Shown here piece after piece: positions 24,201-37,100 of a stretch of DNA of 57,902 bases. A program made the translations under genes and the position numbers. Position 1 is the stretch's first letter. The number at the start of each line of letters is the position of its first letter. A model generated the notes under the pieces. The model saw only the letters and a list, made by a program, of their open reading frames with translations. It did not search any database and was not told the origin of the DNA. The DNA is from Hydrolagus affinis (Eukaryota): positions 1-57,902 of the forward strand of contig JAAILG010002100.1 of assembly GCA_012026655.1 (NCBI GenBank), written 5' to 3'.

Positions 24201-27200
24201 CCTGTCCACTTGCATCTGTGCTTTCCTCAGTGAGTCGTCTAATAATCTCTGCTCTGGCTATCTTGTTCCCTCTCAAATTACTGACCGCAGTGAAATTAAG
24301 GATTCATCCTCTGGCTCTTATTTTTGCCAACTTGAGAGAGTTTACAGAGGTGTAATTCTCTCTATTATAATAATAATAATCATCCTTGTGTTTGATTTCG
24401 CGCTTTTCACGTCTTGCCCAAGGTTTTGCCATGACCTGCCTGGATTTGAAACACAGATCCCACGCTTGTAAAGCGAGTGCTCTAACTACTGAACTACAGG
24501 ACTCTCTCTCTTTCACGTTGTGCCTTCCCCTCCCCCCGACAATCAACTGCCCCACTCTTCATTTAGTCTCATCTATCCTTTCTTTTGCTGATGGTCCATT
24601 TTTCATCAACTCCCCTCAGGAGGTTGCACTCTCACAGAACCACACTCCCTTATCTGGGGAGAATCTCTCCTAGAATCTCTCTACCTTTCTGGGGAAACGG
24701 GGTGCCAGAAAAGCGTTCATCTGGCTTCCATATTCTCTCACCCTTGGCTGTGTGTTAGAGACATTATTATGGCCACTGGTCCTCACAGCTTTCCTCTTGT
24801 TTACACTAAATTTCAAACGCGTCACCAGCTTCTCCCTGAGTCAACACCATGTCGTAATTGAAATGCATTGGACTATTTATACTAACTCATTCATCCCAAT
24901 GGAACTTGAGGCCATGAATTTTTTTTCCCCTCCCCTCAGTCCGCTCCTCCTCATACAACCTTCGGGCTTTTAATTCTAACGGCTGACCTAACAGTTAGTT
25001 ATGCACTTATCTTACGTCGCTGCTATTTTTTTTTGCAACCTATGTTATATGCTGTGCTCTGTACAAAGCCATGTGGAATGCTTTATGATCAAATACATTA
25101 TATATATGTATTTCAATGCATTTTTCTGGATAAATTCCGGTTCATCGAATGCGGACCTGTTTTTTGCAATGCCGGTTATACGGAAGTTATGGTTGATCGG
25201 GTGCCGGATAAACAGACTTTTACTGCATATATAGTAATGACCTGAATTCACAGACCAAGATTATGGTAGGTCAATTTGCAGGTGACACTAAATTGGGTTA
25301 ACTGTGGAATCGGAGGGTGAAGTAATGGTCGTATAAAGAAAAGGTTGATAGGATATGCACATGGGCCGATAACTCGCAATGAAATTTAACGTAAATGTAT
25401 ACAAGGGGCATTGTGTAGGAAGTCAGAATATGAAACACACCAATGGGTTGTTAAGAGCCGAAGCTTGGATATGCCAGACTGTGCGGTGGGGCTACTGCTG
25501 AAGGTTATGCAGTAAGAACTGTAAAAACTACACAGTTTCCTAATGCAAGCAGTAGCTTCTGAGCTCCATCCTACCTATTAGGACTTGTCTGTCTCAGGGA
25601 CTCTTACTACCAAGCCCAAAATTCCGACGTTCGATTTCCAAACACTTCATCTTGGAACCCACTCATCAGCCCCAATTGATGTTTTGGTTTTGTTTCATAC
25701 ATGTGATGACATCTCAGCTCTAACTGCAGCACTGACTGTAACCGATCTTCATTAAAGATTGCCCCCGAGCTGCACATAAATAATGCAGCGCATCTTTCAA
25801 AGAACACGGGTTCTCTGTTGTCGAGCTTGTTACCATGCCCTGTTTTCTTTCCTACTTAAATATCATTCTCCTCATTATTTAGGTGTCGGGCTGACACAGT
25901 CGGCCTCTCTTACTTCTCTGACTCATGGGGGGCTTCGCAAGCTCATCCTCGGGAGATTTGAACTCATGTACTGTATTGTCAGAGTGCCGTCCTTTTGGAT
26001 TAAATATTTAACTGAGGTCCTGTCTGCTGTCCGGTTATTTGGGTGGACGTTAAACATTCACTGGCACCACTCAAAAAGGAATTATGGCTGTTTCTGTGCG
26101 TGTGAAGGCACTTATCAAATGCATGGATTATCATTATTATTATTCTAATGTCTTATTACTCATTGCATCCAACGTTAGTGGTTGGAACAGATCAGACCAA
26201 AGCAAAACCGGTCACTGGTGTCTGAGCTGCCTAGTTCCGTGGCTTTCTCACTTCAAACTATCAAGAGACGCCGCAACACAAGGCTCTCTCTTTCTCGCCT
26301 CAGTGCTCTTAATTGACTGCTCTTCTCCCCCTCCCCCCCACCACCGCCCAAATTGTCTTTGTTCTTGTCTCTGTTCAGGAACGTCTTGCCAACATGTTTA
26401 ACAAGTAGGTGTACGTGTGTTTTGTGTTTTTATCGCTCAGGTGGTTTATATTACTGCCACGTTCCCATTCTTGATGCTGTTGGTGCTGTTGATCCGGGGA
26501 GTAACCCTGCCAGGAGCAGCTCAGGGAATCAAATTTTACCTGTATCCTGACATCACGCGTCTAGGTGATCCACAGGTAAGTCTTCTGCCCTCTTTGTTGC
26601 GTCCAACCCCAGAGTCGATGGTAATGTTGCACATCACTTAATGCCTTCGTCGTGTGGCTCTGAATTGAGTTACAGATTAGGTCTCCTCTCTCCCCGCCCC
26701 CCTACCCCCGGTTTACCCATCCCTTCTCTTTTACCCTTTCAATCCAAGCCTTGCATTCCTCCAACCCTTCATCTCATCGTTCCTCCTAATCTTGCGTAGA
26801 ATCTGTAGAGAACCATAGAACGTCTCATCATAGAAGTGAAAGGCCATTCCGCTTTTGTGCCCACATGAACAAACTATTAGTCTCATTACCAGCACTTTTC
26901 CCCCCACAAGACTCTCTCTTTTCCTTTTCAGGTGATTGTGTGTAGAACTGTAGTGGTTTTCAGGATGGCTTTGGTACTTTATATCTGTGTTTTTTGTTTG
27001 TTTCTCTTCAAAAAGCCTTGAAAAGCAGATATGTGTGCATTCCTTCCCCTCCCCCACCCTCCAAAAATGTAAGACGACCAAAAATGGTAGGAAAAAAATC
27101 CAAATAGGAACCATGATTCAGAGGTGAGGTGTGTTGACCGAGATTTTTAAGAGTCTCTGCTGCCCTAGTCTTCATCGATGTTTCCAAACTCCTGCCTTTG

Positions 27201-30200
27201 TCGTAGGTTTGGATCGACGCAGGGACCCAGATTTTCTTCTCGTATGCAATCTGTCTCGGAGCGATGACCTCCTTGGGGAGCTACAATAAGTATAAGTACA
27301 ACTGTTACCGGTATGTATAGCACTGGGGGGGGGATGGGTGGGGGGAGGATGGGGTGAGGTGGGGAGAAACACTGGGGTTTTAATCGGGGGGCAGTTATGA
27401 GGGGAAAATGGATCTTTTAGTTCAGGTCACCTTCCACTCCTTATTAACACACTCCATCAATTATGACATATGTGTAAATAGGGACTGTATACTCCTCGGA
27501 TGTCTCAACAGTGGTACCAGTTTTGTGTCCGGCTTCGCGATATTTTCCATCCTTGGCTTCATGGCACAAGAGCAAGGGGTGGACATAGCTGATGTAGCTG
27601 AGTCAGGTATGATGGCGCCAGCCGCTACCACCTATTAAACTGCTAAATTAATGAACAGCGCAAAGTAGCCGGACAATATATTCACAGCATGCATTCTTTT
27701 TTTATTTTGTTGCCTAAATCCAAACTTTTATTGTTTTTAATGATTGATTTCCACCTGGTAGATGTGCCGTTTGTTATTGTGTATAGTGATTAAGCTTTTT
27801 TAAAAAAAAATGCATTGATTTGAAACCTTGGTCGTGTAACTTTTATGAAGAGCTTGAATAGTTCCCAGAGTTTTTTTTTGGTTCAACGTGTTTTCGGGGA
27901 ATACTTCTAAAACCTGCGGACAATTTGTTTCAAGTGTTAGTTACCCACCCCCCGCAACCCCCTCCCCCTTTTTTATTTGGTAACAAACACTAGTAGAATC
28001 AGGTTTTACCCAGATGTAACCTTCCCACAATTGTTGGCGTTCCTGACATGCTTCTTATCTGCCAACCTCACTGGTAGACAAAGGAACACAGGATAACAGG
28101 AAGAGGCCATTCAGCCCATCGAGCCTGTTCCGCCAGTTTATTGAATCTTCTCCCGCCTCTTTCCCATACGCCTACCATCCAAGTATCAGCCGATCTCTCC
28201 TTGAAACACCCCTGTTCATTAAGCCTCTACAGCCTTCTGGGGCAAAGTGTGGCATGTTTTTGCAGCCCTGATGGAATGCTTCCTGACCTTGGTTCTAACC
28301 ATATTAGTTCTGATTTTTTGCAATGGATCCCTCCACACAAATGAAAACATCATCCATTGTCTAACCTGTCGATTTGTTTCATTACAAATAAATACCTCAG
28401 TCAAATCACCTTTGTACCCTCTTCTAAGCTAAACAATACAGCCCCAGTATACCCAGGCTCTCAGCCCCTCCAGCCATCAGGTGTTAATCTGATAAAGTGT
28501 CACACAAAGGGTTGTAAAGATGTAGAATGCTCTTCCCTAGACAGCTGTAGAGGCGGAATCAACAAGGATGTTTATAACAGTGAAACCAGGCAGGCAGTAG
28601 AAGTAATTGATCTCGGCATCCCGAACCGGGCTGGAGACTAGAACGTGTATGTCTGGTGGGTGGCAATGGGTGGGAACCGTTGGCACATAGAGCCATTGGG
28701 CAAAAGTCCTTAAGATCCACACATACCCATTGGAACATCCCCCCAAAAAGGGACGCAGCCTTCAGCGGAGGAAAAAATGGGGAAGGGAAACTGAAACATG
28801 GGGACATAGGAATTAGGAGCAGAAATAAGCCATTCAGTGCCTTGAGCCTGCCCCGCCATTCATTCAATAAGATCATGGCTGATCTTCTAATATAACTCCA
28901 TCTGCCCGCCTTATCCCCATCTCCCTTAATCCCTCTGTCCATTAGAAATTGGAAGGAGATCAGGGTAAAAGCAACCTAATCAGATTTATGCATAAATATT
29001 TATTTCAAAATCATTCTTTCTATATCAGCATGTCAATGATGGCACAAGCTTCTGACCAATCCAGTTGTACACTGATTCGAATCGTTTCACGCGCAAAGTC
29101 TTGATTCCTTAATTGTTTTTAAGCTATGAAAAGAGCATGGAGTCACACTGAGCTGACTGTTTCTGGTGTGTGTGTGTGTGTGTGCTTGGCCTGTGTACAG
29201 CCCTGCCAGTGCTGTCTGTGGCTATTCTGGGTTTACCCCACACCCACCCAGTTCCCAGACACTTATGAAGTGCTCTCAATTCCAGCCAAGCCATTTCCCC
29301 ACATGACCAAAGACGTCGCTTGTGCGTCAGTCAAAGGATTGTGAGGTGTCTTGGTTTCCTTTTTTGTTTGGTACCTCTTTTTATTTGTGTTCCTACAATT
29401 GTCGCATTTGGGAAAACCCTCGTTAAATGCTGAAATGAAAACCATCACTGTGATTAGACGGGACCATTGTCCTTTTGTTTCTGCAACTTCAATTGAAATA
29501 CAACCCATTCTGATGCGCGAAGAAGCCTACTGCCTGCAATGAACCCTTAGCCCTACATCATGCTGAGTATGAAAACTTGTCTTTAGTGTGCCTGAGCCCT
29601 CAGCCAGTGGGCTGCCCACAACAACACAAATTGGCAGTCTTGTGTAAGGGCGGCTTAGTGTGGGAAGTGGCTGTGGCAGTAGGTGATCGGGGCCAGGTTG
29701 AAAGCACGCGTCGGATGAGTGCAAAGGGAGCTTTGCTCTGCATTTAACCCGTGCCGCTCTTGACCTAACGGTTCTTGATAGTGTAGAGAAGAGCGTCATT
29801 CTGTGCCTTAACCTGTACTATGCCTGATCTGGGGGTTGCTCATTGAGGTAGTGTTGAGGGAGCTTTGTGCTGCATCTTGCCTGTGCTGTACCTCATCTGG
29901 GAAAGCCTGATCATATTGTTCCATCTCCCAGCGCAGAAATCTCCCTCTTTGACTAGTGAAAAAATTCCCCCCAAATAGAAAGACAAGAAAGCTCTGAAAT
30001 AAATTCCCCATTTATTTGTATATTTTTCTTTGTTCATTTCTCAACGCCCTCAGATCTCCCTTAGTTGGGAGGCTCGTTGAGGTATTTGGCACTAAAAGCA
30101 CTTCCTTTTCAGTCCGCCCAGGAAGTGGGCTCACACTAAATGTTTCTGGGTGTCTCTCCTCTGGTCTGAGGGTGAAACACTTCACCTCAGAGCAGTGTTT

Positions 30201-31149
30201 CATCCAACGATCTGATTGCGAACCTTCTTCAGACCTTTTTCAATCTGCTTATGAATTGAGAAAGATTGAGTTCCCAACGAGCCTGGGGGGAATCTTAGGC
30301 TATTGACTTTTATTGGTTGTGAGCCAAGGCCTCAGGGCTTAAGTGACTAGCCTGCCTGCGATAAGGTTAACTTGTAGATACGAAGCGTTTGTGTCGTAGT
30401 CAATAGGGGCATTGCAGCATTTAATAATAATAATGATTTAATGGTTCCTCATCAAACTTCACTCACTTGGCAGTGTTAGACCTGCAAGTGGAACAGCTGA
30501 ATACATTAACCTTCGCAGTAATATTTTTTCTTCTCTCTTTATATTTTTCTCTGAACGTAGACTCGCTTTGTAAAATAGAATGTTAAAATTGTGAAAGAAC
30601 TCCAATTTGTAGCTTTTTTTTGGTGGGAGAATTTATTTTCATTTGACAGCGAGTCTTATGAGGATACCTTTCAGCCCTGGAGCTGAAACAGTCGGCTATT
30701 ATTTATCTGTTGTGCTGTCTCATTAGCACTACATTTAACGTGAGTCGCGACACCTTATTGCTAATCCTGTCCATGTGATTTATGTGCTGTGGGCTGCACT
30801 CCACTTTGAATAACCGTGTTTGTGTAACGCACAGTTCTGAATTACAATATGTTTTTTTTAAAGAGATTTTGTATGTTTATTTTTTTCGAAAAATAAAGCA
30901 CAGCCTTAACTCTGCGCAAAATCAGCTTAGCTTCTTTTTACGATCACACAAGTTGATTTGTTTCTGCTGATTTTTCCTCCACATGCCAATTCCATGCAGA
31001 CAAAATTCACCCCCATTTTGACCACCGGTTGGTTTCCACCTTTTGTCAGTTTGGTAGCAAAGCATGCATTTCCGTGCACTTTTAAGACGACTTAGAGTAC
31101 CTCAAAGTGCTAACCTTTATCTGCCTGTTCTTTTCCAGCGAGACTCACG

Positions 31150-31189
<40 letters not shown>

Positions 31190-34100
31190 TCTGGTCTCCA
31201 GTTGAGTCTCCATGTAAACCTCAACTTTAGCTGAGTGGATGGAAACACAGTTCCAGCACCTTATGTGGTGGATCTATGGAACCCCAATTTTTTTTTAAGA
31301 CTATAAAATCTCCTCTCCTCTAACAGCTGTCTTTCTATGGAACCCTTCTTCCAATTTTGCCTCCTTCAGATTAGGGAATTGTCCAGTGTCCGTATTCCCT
31401 ACACCAGACATTATACACCACAGATTTAGAACTCTGCAGTGGAGACCTCTGATATGAAGTCTATTATGAACAGAAAAAAAAACAGAGAGATAATTTTCCC
31501 CTAAGTTTCTCTTTCCTACTCCCTACTCTTGTGCTGTGGTTTCGTTACAGGGGTGCCAGCACTCTCCTTGAGTCTTGGTGGCCAGACTTGTATGAACCCA
31601 TAAAGTGAGTGTCAGCAAAACATGCCACCATGGTATTGTGTCTGAGTCTGATCATGGTCTCACACGCTCATACAGCAGAGACCACTTGATAATTGATGAG
31701 AGAGGAGGAACACTTTTTTTTCTCTCTCTTTTCCTAACCTGAGGGCATTAAGTCTAGTAATTATGCTATTGCACCTTGGCTGAGAAATGGGAACACAGCC
31801 CAGAGATTCAACAAGATTTTTCCAAGTCTGCATTGCTCAATATCGCACCACTTAAAGCATTAACCGACCGAGCCACCAGATGAGCTTGGAATAAGTGTAT
31901 TTTATGAGGAAAGTAAACCCAAATGGAGGAGGTACTACAAGTAACTAGCCCTGCCCCAGATGCACTATTTAAAAGGACAGGATCTTTCATTTTTAGCCAT
32001 TTTCCACTTAATATACACACCGCTGGATACAATACGAAGAGTTTCCAGCTCCGCCACCTGTTATAGACTGGCTTCCACTATTGTGGATCAATCCCATTCA
32101 TTGGCCTGACAAGTGATACTTGCCTCATGGCAATGGAAGCTTGCAGAGATGCAGAACGAAAGGGGAAATCAAGACCACTAAAATCCGGGTGTCTCCAGCC
32201 AGGCAGCAAATGATTTAAATAGTAGTGATTTGCATGTAAGTAAATCATGTAAGCGAGTGACTTGTCCAAAAAGAGCACTTCTGTTTTGGTTAATCTGACA
32301 CTTGCTCGAGGCTCTGTCGATGTGTTATACGTACCTCGGCAACAGATTAGATTCACTTGTAGTTACACAGGTACCTGTGCAGCTTGTGAAAGAAATTCCC
32401 TTTTAAAAAGGGGCCACTGGGGCACCAATCCAGCAAAGCAGTGAGGATAACATCAGGATGACCCAGAAATGACCCTTAAACTCAATCTCTTTTAATGAGT
32501 GCGCTCTTCCAGCCCACAAAGTAACACCAATAGGACTCATTGCCTTGCGAGTGTTTGCTATAGCTTGCTGTTGGCTCAGATGTATAACTTGTGCTACATT
32601 TTGTAAAGTGTAATTTTATACATACACATATATATATGTTTTTGAGAAAAATTCCAATGCTATCCCAAATATTGTAAAAATATTGTCTCTCAATCAGCCC
32701 TGTTGCTCAGCTTGCCTTTCACTGAGGCACTCACCGAGAGAACCCATTTTGTCACTCACTTCCCCCTGTTTATGATGTGGTAGGAGCAGGATATCTGAGT
32801 GTTACACCAATTAAAACAGAAAATGGCTTCCCCGATCAGCCCCCCAAAAACAACAGGAATCAGGTCACCTTTTGCTTGACAGATAGGTTGAGGGCGGTGA
32901 TGAGGTTCTGACTTGTTTTGTTTAACTGCATGCCCATCGCTGGGAGTTCTGAATTTTGAACACATTTAGTGTTTAAGCCTTAATACAGTACCTCCCACTT
33001 CCCAAACGCACAGGAGAAGAGGGCAAAACGGCCTTCGATTTTGACGTTGTGCGTTTCAAAATCAGAAAAGATTTTTGCTATCTGGTTTTCATTTTTTTCG
33101 TAAATTGAGAAAATACAACCCTGAAGAAACATACTCGGAACTGTTTTGAAATTGGGTGACTGCAAAAAAGGTGGTGGGGTGGGGGGTGGAATTAGCTGAG
33201 AGAGATAACAAAAGTGTTAGGATGATGAAACACTTGAGTGAAATATGTTTCTTCTTCCTCTTCTTTTAAAACAAAACAATTGTGCCATCAACATAAGCGA
33301 AGCACTGCAGTTCATATGCATCAATTTAAGAAATAGTCCTTCTCCGCTTTCTGTTACACATTCTCTACGTGCTCCCTCGTCTCGCTGAGTCTCTTTGTCA
33401 TCTCCATTCATTCCCCAAGACCGTTTAAACAAAAATGATGAGATAAAATTGCCTTTGAGCATTAACCCCGCAAATGCCAATCTACCCATCAAATTTTGAC
33501 AGGCCCTGCCTTTTACTGTCTCTCGCTCTCTTCTCCTCTTCCATTCATACCACAGGTGAGATGTTACCCTGGCTGCCGGGTTAATAACAAAAGTAAAAAC
33601 TCACTCGCAGCACAATCATTGGCCAACTCCCAAGTCACATTCACATTAACGTGAGGCAGGCATCTTAACTATCCAGGTTTTTAGGTTTCTCCCTGATGGG
33701 GGTCAAAGTAATAGAACTTCAGATTTAAAACAAAGCCATTTTTTGTCCTTAGTTTATTTGGGTCGAGTCAGATTGACCTAAAGTTTTTTTCAGTTCTTCT
33801 TGTTTATCTAAAAGCCACATTTACGCAATATATCACTGACCTCCAACCGAATCTCTTTCAATATAACATGGTTTGTAATTTTTTTTAAATGTTTTTTTTA
33901 CAAAAAAGCATACATACATTTATTTGCTCTTTCAAACCAGCTGTGCTTTGAATTCTCCTTTTTAAGTCTTTAATCCGATAGAAGTACCAAACTGCCGAAC
34001 AACAAGTGGCCCCTTTCACATCATTTAATCTGCTTGGCGCACCCCACACTGGAATTTTAATCACTTTCTCAATCGAAGTCTCTCAACTTTCAATCGCATT

Positions 34101-37100
34101 GTAAGGCACAAGCCTTCCTTGTCCAAATTTTTTTTTAAAAAGAATAATAATAATTTCCTACTCAAAAAATATCCGAGAGAGAGAAAAAAATCTAAATCCC
34201 AGTTGGGTGGGGGATTTTTTTTTGGTGGGAGGGGGTAATAAATACTTTATTATTTGTAAATGTGCAATGTTCCTTTATGTCACTAATAAGTTGGTTAGAT
34301 GTTATTAACGGTGCAAAGTTCTTTCATTTTGTTTTTTTTTGGTCATGGAAAGGTAGGCATGCTATCTTTACTTAAATCAGTTTCTGCTGTGCTAGAGAGC
34401 TTTTAGAGTGAATACTTGTGATAAGTACTTGTGTTTTCAAACATGGAATGCATGTCACTTAGTACATCTTATTCCCAATCCCCTTCCCCCGTCTCTGCAT
34501 TTTCCTCCTTCTAGGTCCTGGCTTGGCATTTATCGCTTACCCTAAAGCTGTGAGCATGATGCCATGGCCTGTATTCTGGGCTGTCTTGTTCTTCGTCATG
34601 CTTCTCCTTCTCGGCTTGGACAGCCAGGTTAGTCGGAAATAATGCCACTGGTCTGAACCCAGATAATATCAGCATTCCTTACTGTTGGGTAAGGAAGTGG
34701 TGGGTGGGGGTGAGTTGGTGGTGGGGGGAAGGGGATGGAGGATGGGGGAGAGTCAAAGCAAAGAGCTGTTCAGTCAATCCCTTCCCTGTTTTCAGAGACG
34801 GCTTAATTCCAACCATTAGGTATATATATATATATCTCTCTCTCTCTCCACTGCGCCATTTTGATGGCGTGCCTCCATTTTGTAGTGGTCTGGAGCCTGA
34901 GGCATCATGTGTTTCACTCCATCCACGTTCACGCTTTCAACCAGCCGCCGTGTTCAAGTGGAGACGCGCTATTACAGTCCAGGCAAAAGAGAAACAAAAC
35001 AAGGAAAAAAAAAAGAGGAAGATTTTGTGACCGATGTTTATTCGGAGAGTACGTCCGACGAGAATGTCCCGTCTCTTTTAGTGAATGCAGGCCCAGTTAG
35101 AACGGATTTGCTCATTGAGGCTTGCCGTGGACCCGCACTGTCCCGGGAGTGAGTGCGCCCGGCCTCGGGGCTCTCACTAGCCAGCTCGCCGTGGCCGTAA
35201 AATGGCCGACCCCCGGGTCGCCCACCTTGCCATTGGCATCACTTCCCGCGTGGCGCCCATTGCACACCCCGTGCAGCAAGCGCGCCGCTGGTGTTCCTGT
35301 TGTGAAGGAAGTGATGTCGCCACTCTTCCCTGTGCGTACGGGAGTGCAGGAAGTGATGTCTCTGTGGAACTGGCATTCCGGAAGTCGGCCATTTTTACGC
35401 ACTTTTATGATAGTAGTGGGACCCAGGTCACCGGGGCCCTAACAGGATTTCCTGAAGCTGTCGGGATCCCGTCGGCTGCGTCTTCCCATCGCTTTGCTTC
35501 ACACGGTAATTATCTTTTTTTGATTTGCCGTCATTTCTGTGACCCGAGAGGAAAGATTTGAGCGGTGGAATGAACGCGCGCGCCTGTGCGCATATACACA
35601 CACACACGTGCACACACTTTTTTGCACGCTTGTGTCTGCGTGCATCTATGTACACATTTGTGTGTCTGTGAACATGTGGAGACACTTCTGTGTGCACAGC
35701 CGTGTATGTCTGTGCGAATGCACAGGTGTGTGTGTATATGGGCTGTGTGAGTGCGTCCCTCTGTGGGTGGGTAGCTGGTACTATCAGTATACAGTACAAT
35801 GCATGGCATGCGCTCACGCCAATTTTTAGCGCCCCCACCACCCCCTCCCATTCACCTCCCCAGTTGCCCTGGATCAGGGGAATGAATGACAATGGAACCA
35901 ATTTGCGTAGTGAGGATAAACTGTGTAACTTTTTAAATATAAAATGAAAAGATGGTTTGAACCACAAACGGCAGCGACGTAAGTCTTTCCAGTGAAAATA
36001 ACGCGCGCCCATGAATGGAGTGCTTACTTTCCAACACATATTTGTTTTTAAAAAAAAAAAATCATCATAAAGGTGTTGGCTCGAAAGCATGCAGGTATGA
36101 TATTTTGTAACGCCGTTTTATTTAAAGTATTTCGAGGATATGTTAAGGTTTTCTGAGTTGCTAAATTTATTATCAAATCACTGTATGTCAGCAAGCTGAA
36201 AGCGTGGCCCCAAAGCTCGGTGAGAAGCGGGTTAAATGCCTTCATCTCACGTGCTCCGCACCTTTCCACAGCACTGCACGCCTCATTGAGCAGAGATAAA
36301 GACAGAGCTTGCTCTTCATCGCCTCCCCGAGCCCTGAACCATTAGAATCAGCCAGTCTAGTCTACCTATACCCTCTTCTGCCACAAAAGGGGGACAAGAC
36401 AAAGTGTGAGAAGGGCTTAGCGTAAGATTCGGAGTTTTCCCATCTTCCAAACTGCATCAAGTTAGCAATTACCTATCCTAGTTCTGTTTTGTAAAAAAAA
36501 AAATACTCTGTAATATCTGAACGCTTTGCATCAGATCTGAGGGATCTCAAATGGCATCCAATTTTAATTATTTTACACAATGTCCTGTTTAATTGTTTTT
36601 ACACGCAGGTAAGTGCTTTGAGATTCTTTGTTTGTTGCTACTTGCAGGTTGTGGGCTGGGAATGATGCTATGGGTTGGGGTTGGGGAGGGAGGGAGGGTT
36701 ACGCTTTGATAAAGTGTGTTCTGAATGAAAGGCATGGCATTTCTGTGATTCTTGCCACCCTGGAATGACATACAGTTTGCCAATGCTCTCGGGTCCAAGG
36801 CAGTGAGGCTGGTCATGCCAGCAACTGAACTTTACATTGACCAGGTATAGCCTCCAGTGCAGAAGTAGATATACAAACAAGGGAAGCCACTGCTTATTTT
36901 TTCATTGCAGTAATCTGTGTAATCTCGTTGGGATATGTCTCCATAGCAGTTAGATGGAAAGTTACAAATTCCATTCACTTCAGTATTTACTTACAGTCAG
37001 TCATTGACCAAAGGCGGAGTCTGCCCTTATCCAACTAGAGAGTAATGAAACAGGTGTCAGAAGCTGAACACAGCCAAGAACTTGTAATAATATTGACTTA

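Noticed and set aside
27311-27481. U12-type (minor spliceosome) intron
   Set aside because: It lacks a pyrimidine tract and has a ctccttattaac element, but the donor is GTATGTAT rather than the near-invariant RTATCCTT.
35428-36090. Longest ORF in the track (220 aa, minus strand)
   Set aside because: It runs through a degenerate TG/CA repeat (HTH/VCVC-rich) that lacks stop codons by composition, and it resembles no protein family.
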